From: Opitutales bacterium
GTDB taxonomy: Bacteria > Verrucomicrobiota > Verrucomicrobiia > Opitutales > UBA2987
DNA: 64,000 nucleotides
Direction of reading: 5' to 3'
NCBI GenBank assembly: GCA_965226885.1
Contig: CBDDEL010000016.1
Coordinates: forward strand, 887,195-951,194
Shown: piece by piece, positions 61,447 through 64,000 of the stretch
Layout: each line of letters opens with the position of its first letter
Numbering within the stretch: position 1 is the stretch's first letter
The notes under the pieces: generated by a model
Seen by the model: only the letters and a program-made list of their open reading frames with translations
What the model was told of the DNA's origin: nothing
Databases searched by the model: none
Made by a program: the position numbers and the translations under genes

Positions 61447-61790
61447 GGTTCCTCGACGTTTTCAGTGGTACTGGCACAATATCCTTTACTGAGAAGACGC
61501 AACCTGAGTACCTATTTCGAACGTTATTACCGCAATGTGTAAGCATCATGGCGAGGCTTCCTTAAACCCATGGGCCAACATAATCGAAAATCACCAAGAG
61601 GAAACCCTCGCCCACTGGGAATCGCACTTCACCAATACCTGCATTGAAGAACTCAACAGTGTCTTTAGCGCAACCAAACGCAAAGCCAGAGGCCATCACA
61701 CCACTAAAGAAGCTAATCACCATGCTCCACTTCGCCGTCGGTAAACTCAACATCCCCTCCGCAATGTACCACTGAAAACGTCGAGGAACC
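61447..61790 (+). mobile_element. 344-bp ISL3-derived non-autonomous element (MITE)
   Basis: Perfect 25-bp terminal inverted repeats GGTTCCTCGACGTTTTCAGTGGTAC, 8-bp target duplication TAGAATCT, and transposase remnant TN..IEELNSVFSATKRKARG. Confidence 0.9.
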
Positions 61791-61871
61791 TAGAATCTTT
61801 CTACCCTGGCAGTAGAATCCGGACTTGACCTCGAGTTGGTTGAGTGGTGTAATGGTCATATTCAGATACCA

Positions 61872-64000
61872 ATGAGACTTTCTACAATTACTCTTACCAT
61901 ACTTGCATTGCTTCCTTTAAATGCCTTCGCGCAGGAGGTGCTGCAGCCCGAAAGCGTTCACTCGACCCCAGCCCCGTCCGAGCCCCGGGACGACTCCGAG
62001 AATCTGCAGGTCCTCGAAGAACTGGTCATCATCGGTTCGCGGGCGGAGCCGCGTTCGGTGGTTGATTCAGCGGTGCCCGTCGATACATTCGCCGGCGAAT
62101 CCCTCACCATGCAAGGCTTCACTGATTTACAGGATCTATTGAGGAACGTCATCCCCTCTTACAACGTCAATACCCAGCCGATCAGCGACTCCTCGACGAT
62201 CGTTCGGCCGCTCAATATACGCGGGCTGCCGCCGGACCATACGCTGGTGCTCATCAACGGCAAGCGCCGCCACCGCGCGTCCGTGATTCACTGGTTGGGC
62301 AACGGCGTCGCCGATGGCGCACAGGGGCCCGATGTAGCCCCCATTCCCGCGCTCGCTCTGAAACGGATTGAAGTGCTGCGCGACGGAGCTTCGGCGCAGT
62401 ACGGTTCCGATGCCATTGCGGGGGTGTTGAACTTCGAGCTCAACGACAGTTACGAAGGAGGGTCTCTCATCGTTCGAACGGGGATTTACCAGGACGGTGG
62501 CGGCGAAGCAGTTTCCATCGCCGGCAATATCGGCTTGGGCAGCGAAAAGGCCTGGATCAATCTCAGCGGGGAGTACGGCAACTCTGGCGAGACCATCCGC
62601 TCCGTGCAGCGAGATGACGCCGCTGCTCTGATCGCGGTGGGAAACAGCGAGGTGGCGAATCCCGCTCAAATCTGGGGTCAACCCTTCGTTCGGGACGATC
62701 TCAAATTGTTTGCCAATTACGGCGCCGCCATAGGCGGGAACCTCGAGTTCTACGGTCATGCCAACTACGCGAGCAAGGAAGTGGAGGGCGGGTTCTATTA
62801 CCGCAATCCCAATACGCGACGCGGCGTATTCAGTAATGACGCCGGAAAAACGTTGCTGGTGGGCGCTTTGGATGGCGATGAGTCCAAGGTCCCTGTGGTA
62901 ACGATAACTAACCATGTGCCGGACCCCGTCGCTTTGCAACAGGTGTTCGACGATCCCAATCTGTTCACCTTTCAGGAACTCTTCCCCGGCGGTTTCACGC
63001 CCCGCTTTGGCGGGTACGCGAAGGACCAATCCATTGTCGCCGGGGTGAGAACAACCGGATCGAAACTCGGCTTGGATTTCAGCGCTGCTTACGGGCGTCA
63101 TCACACTGATTTCTTTATCTTTAATACCGTCAACGCCTCTCTCGGCCCCGATACTCCGACTTATTTCGATCCCGGTGATTATATTCAGACCGAAATCAAC
63201 CTCAACTTTGGCGTGACCTATCCGCTAAGCGAGCAGTTGTTCCTCGCCAGTGGCTTCGAATACCGTGTCGAGGAGTTTGAAATCGTGAGGGGGCAACCCG
63301 AGTCATATGCGATCGGCCAGGCTCTGCATCAGCAGGGATTCAGGGGTGCTTCCAACGGTTTCTCGGGTTTCGGTGATAGCGCCGCCGGTATATGGGACCG
63401 CTCCAACTATGCCGTCTACGTGGACGCGGAATACGAGCTGACCGACGACTGGTTGGTTGCCGCCGCTTTGCGCTATGAAGAATTCAATGATTTCGGAGGC
63501 ACAATCAACTATAAGCTGGCGACCACCTACGGCATCAACGAGAATCTGAAGGTGCGCGGGAGCTTCAACACCGGTTTCCGGGCCCCCACTCCCGGTCAGC
63601 AAAACGCTTTCAACGTAACCACTGAATTTCAAGCGGACCGAATGGAACTAATCACCAGGGCCGTGATTCCTCCCACCAATCCCGTTGCGATGGGGAGGGG
63701 CGGCGAGGCGCTCACGCCTGAAAAATCGACCAACTTCAGTATCGGCTTCGTTGTCGATATGGGCAATACGGTAATCACGGTCGATTATTTCGGCATCGAC
63801 GTGAAGAACCGCATGTCGCTCTCACAGGACTTCGAGTTTACGGATGCAGAGCGCGATCAATTGTTCGCTACGGGCATCACCGACGCCTACAATCTGGTGG
63901 AGTACGTCTTTTTCATCAATGACTTTGACACGGAAACCCGCGGCATCGACGTCGTTCTGTCGACCGGAGTGCGGGAGGGTGAACTGAGCCTCGGTTATAA
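61872..64000 (+). CDS. TonB-dependent receptor (runs off the window end; absent from the ORF track)
   Basis: Manual translation gives signal MRLSTITLTILALLPLNAFAQ, TonB-box-like EELVIIGSR, and plug motifs TLVLINGKRRH and RIEVLRDGASAQYGSDAIAGVLNF. Confidence 0.9.
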   Translation, partial: MRLSTITLTILALLPLNAFAQEVLQPESVHSTPAPSEPRDDSENLQVLEELVIIGSRAEPRSVVDSAVPVDTFAGESLTMQGFTDLQDLLRNVIPSYNVNTQPISDSSTIVRPLNIRGLPPDHTLVLINGKRRHRASVIHWLGNGVADGAQGPDVAPIPALALKRIEVLRDGASAQYGSDAIAGVLNFELNDSYEGGSLIVRTGIYQDGGGEAVSIAGNIGLGSEKAWINLSGEYGNSGETIRSVQRDDAAALIAVGNSEVANPAQIWGQPFVRDDLKLFANYGAAIGGNLEFYGHANYASKEVEGGFYYRNPNTRRGVFSNDAGKTLLVGALDGDESKVPVVTITNHVPDPVALQQVFDDPNLFTFQELFPGGFTPRFGGYAKDQSIVAGVRTTGSKLGLDFSAAYGRHHTDFFIFNTVNASLGPDTPTYFDPGDYIQTEINLNFGVTYPLSEQLFLASGFEYRVEEFEIVRGQPESYAIGQALHQQGFRGASNGFSGFGDSAAGIWDRSNYAVYVDAEYELTDDWLVAAALRYEEFNDFGGTINYKLATTYGINENLKVRGSFNTGFRAPTPGQQNAFNVTTEFQADRMELITRAVIPPTNPVAMGRGGEALTPEKSTNFSIGFVVDMGNTVITVDYFGIDVKNRMSLSQDFEFTDAERDQLFATGITDAYNLVEYVFFINDFDTETRGIDVVLSTGVREGELSLGY

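Overview
Bacterial chromosomal segment, probably from Verrucomicrobiota (Opitutae-like). This is inferred from the GAF-PilB N-terminus, the oleAB genes, the ADOP-type permease and a Verrucomicrobia-style SOS box. Housekeeping and metabolic genes are present: glycosyltransferases, a sulfatase, oppA, lexA, fabI-oleA-oleB, malQ, ssnA-mocA-add, zwf-opcA, rpmB, glcDEF and a TonB-dependent receptor. They are interleaved with a heavy load of insertion sequences: three copies of one IS1380, a second IS1380, two IS3, one IS1, one IS21, an ISL3-derived MITE and a probable small MITE. These elements have broken at least four host genes (pilB-like, cupin-like, nmrA-like, acyl-CoA ligase). Two non-coding systems flank lexA and are the highlights. 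(1) An ~850-900 nt hairpin-dense, ORF-poor minus-strand unit (~17830-18745) has its own promoter and intrinsic terminator. It is a candidate large non-coding RNA, possibly related to the Verrucomicrobia MISL motif or new. (2) An integrase-less mini-integron consists of a Pc-like promoter, an attI-like site, one tautomerase cassette and a clear attC. lexA occupies the position where intI normally lies. All assignments come from reading the sequence by eye; no database searches were run.
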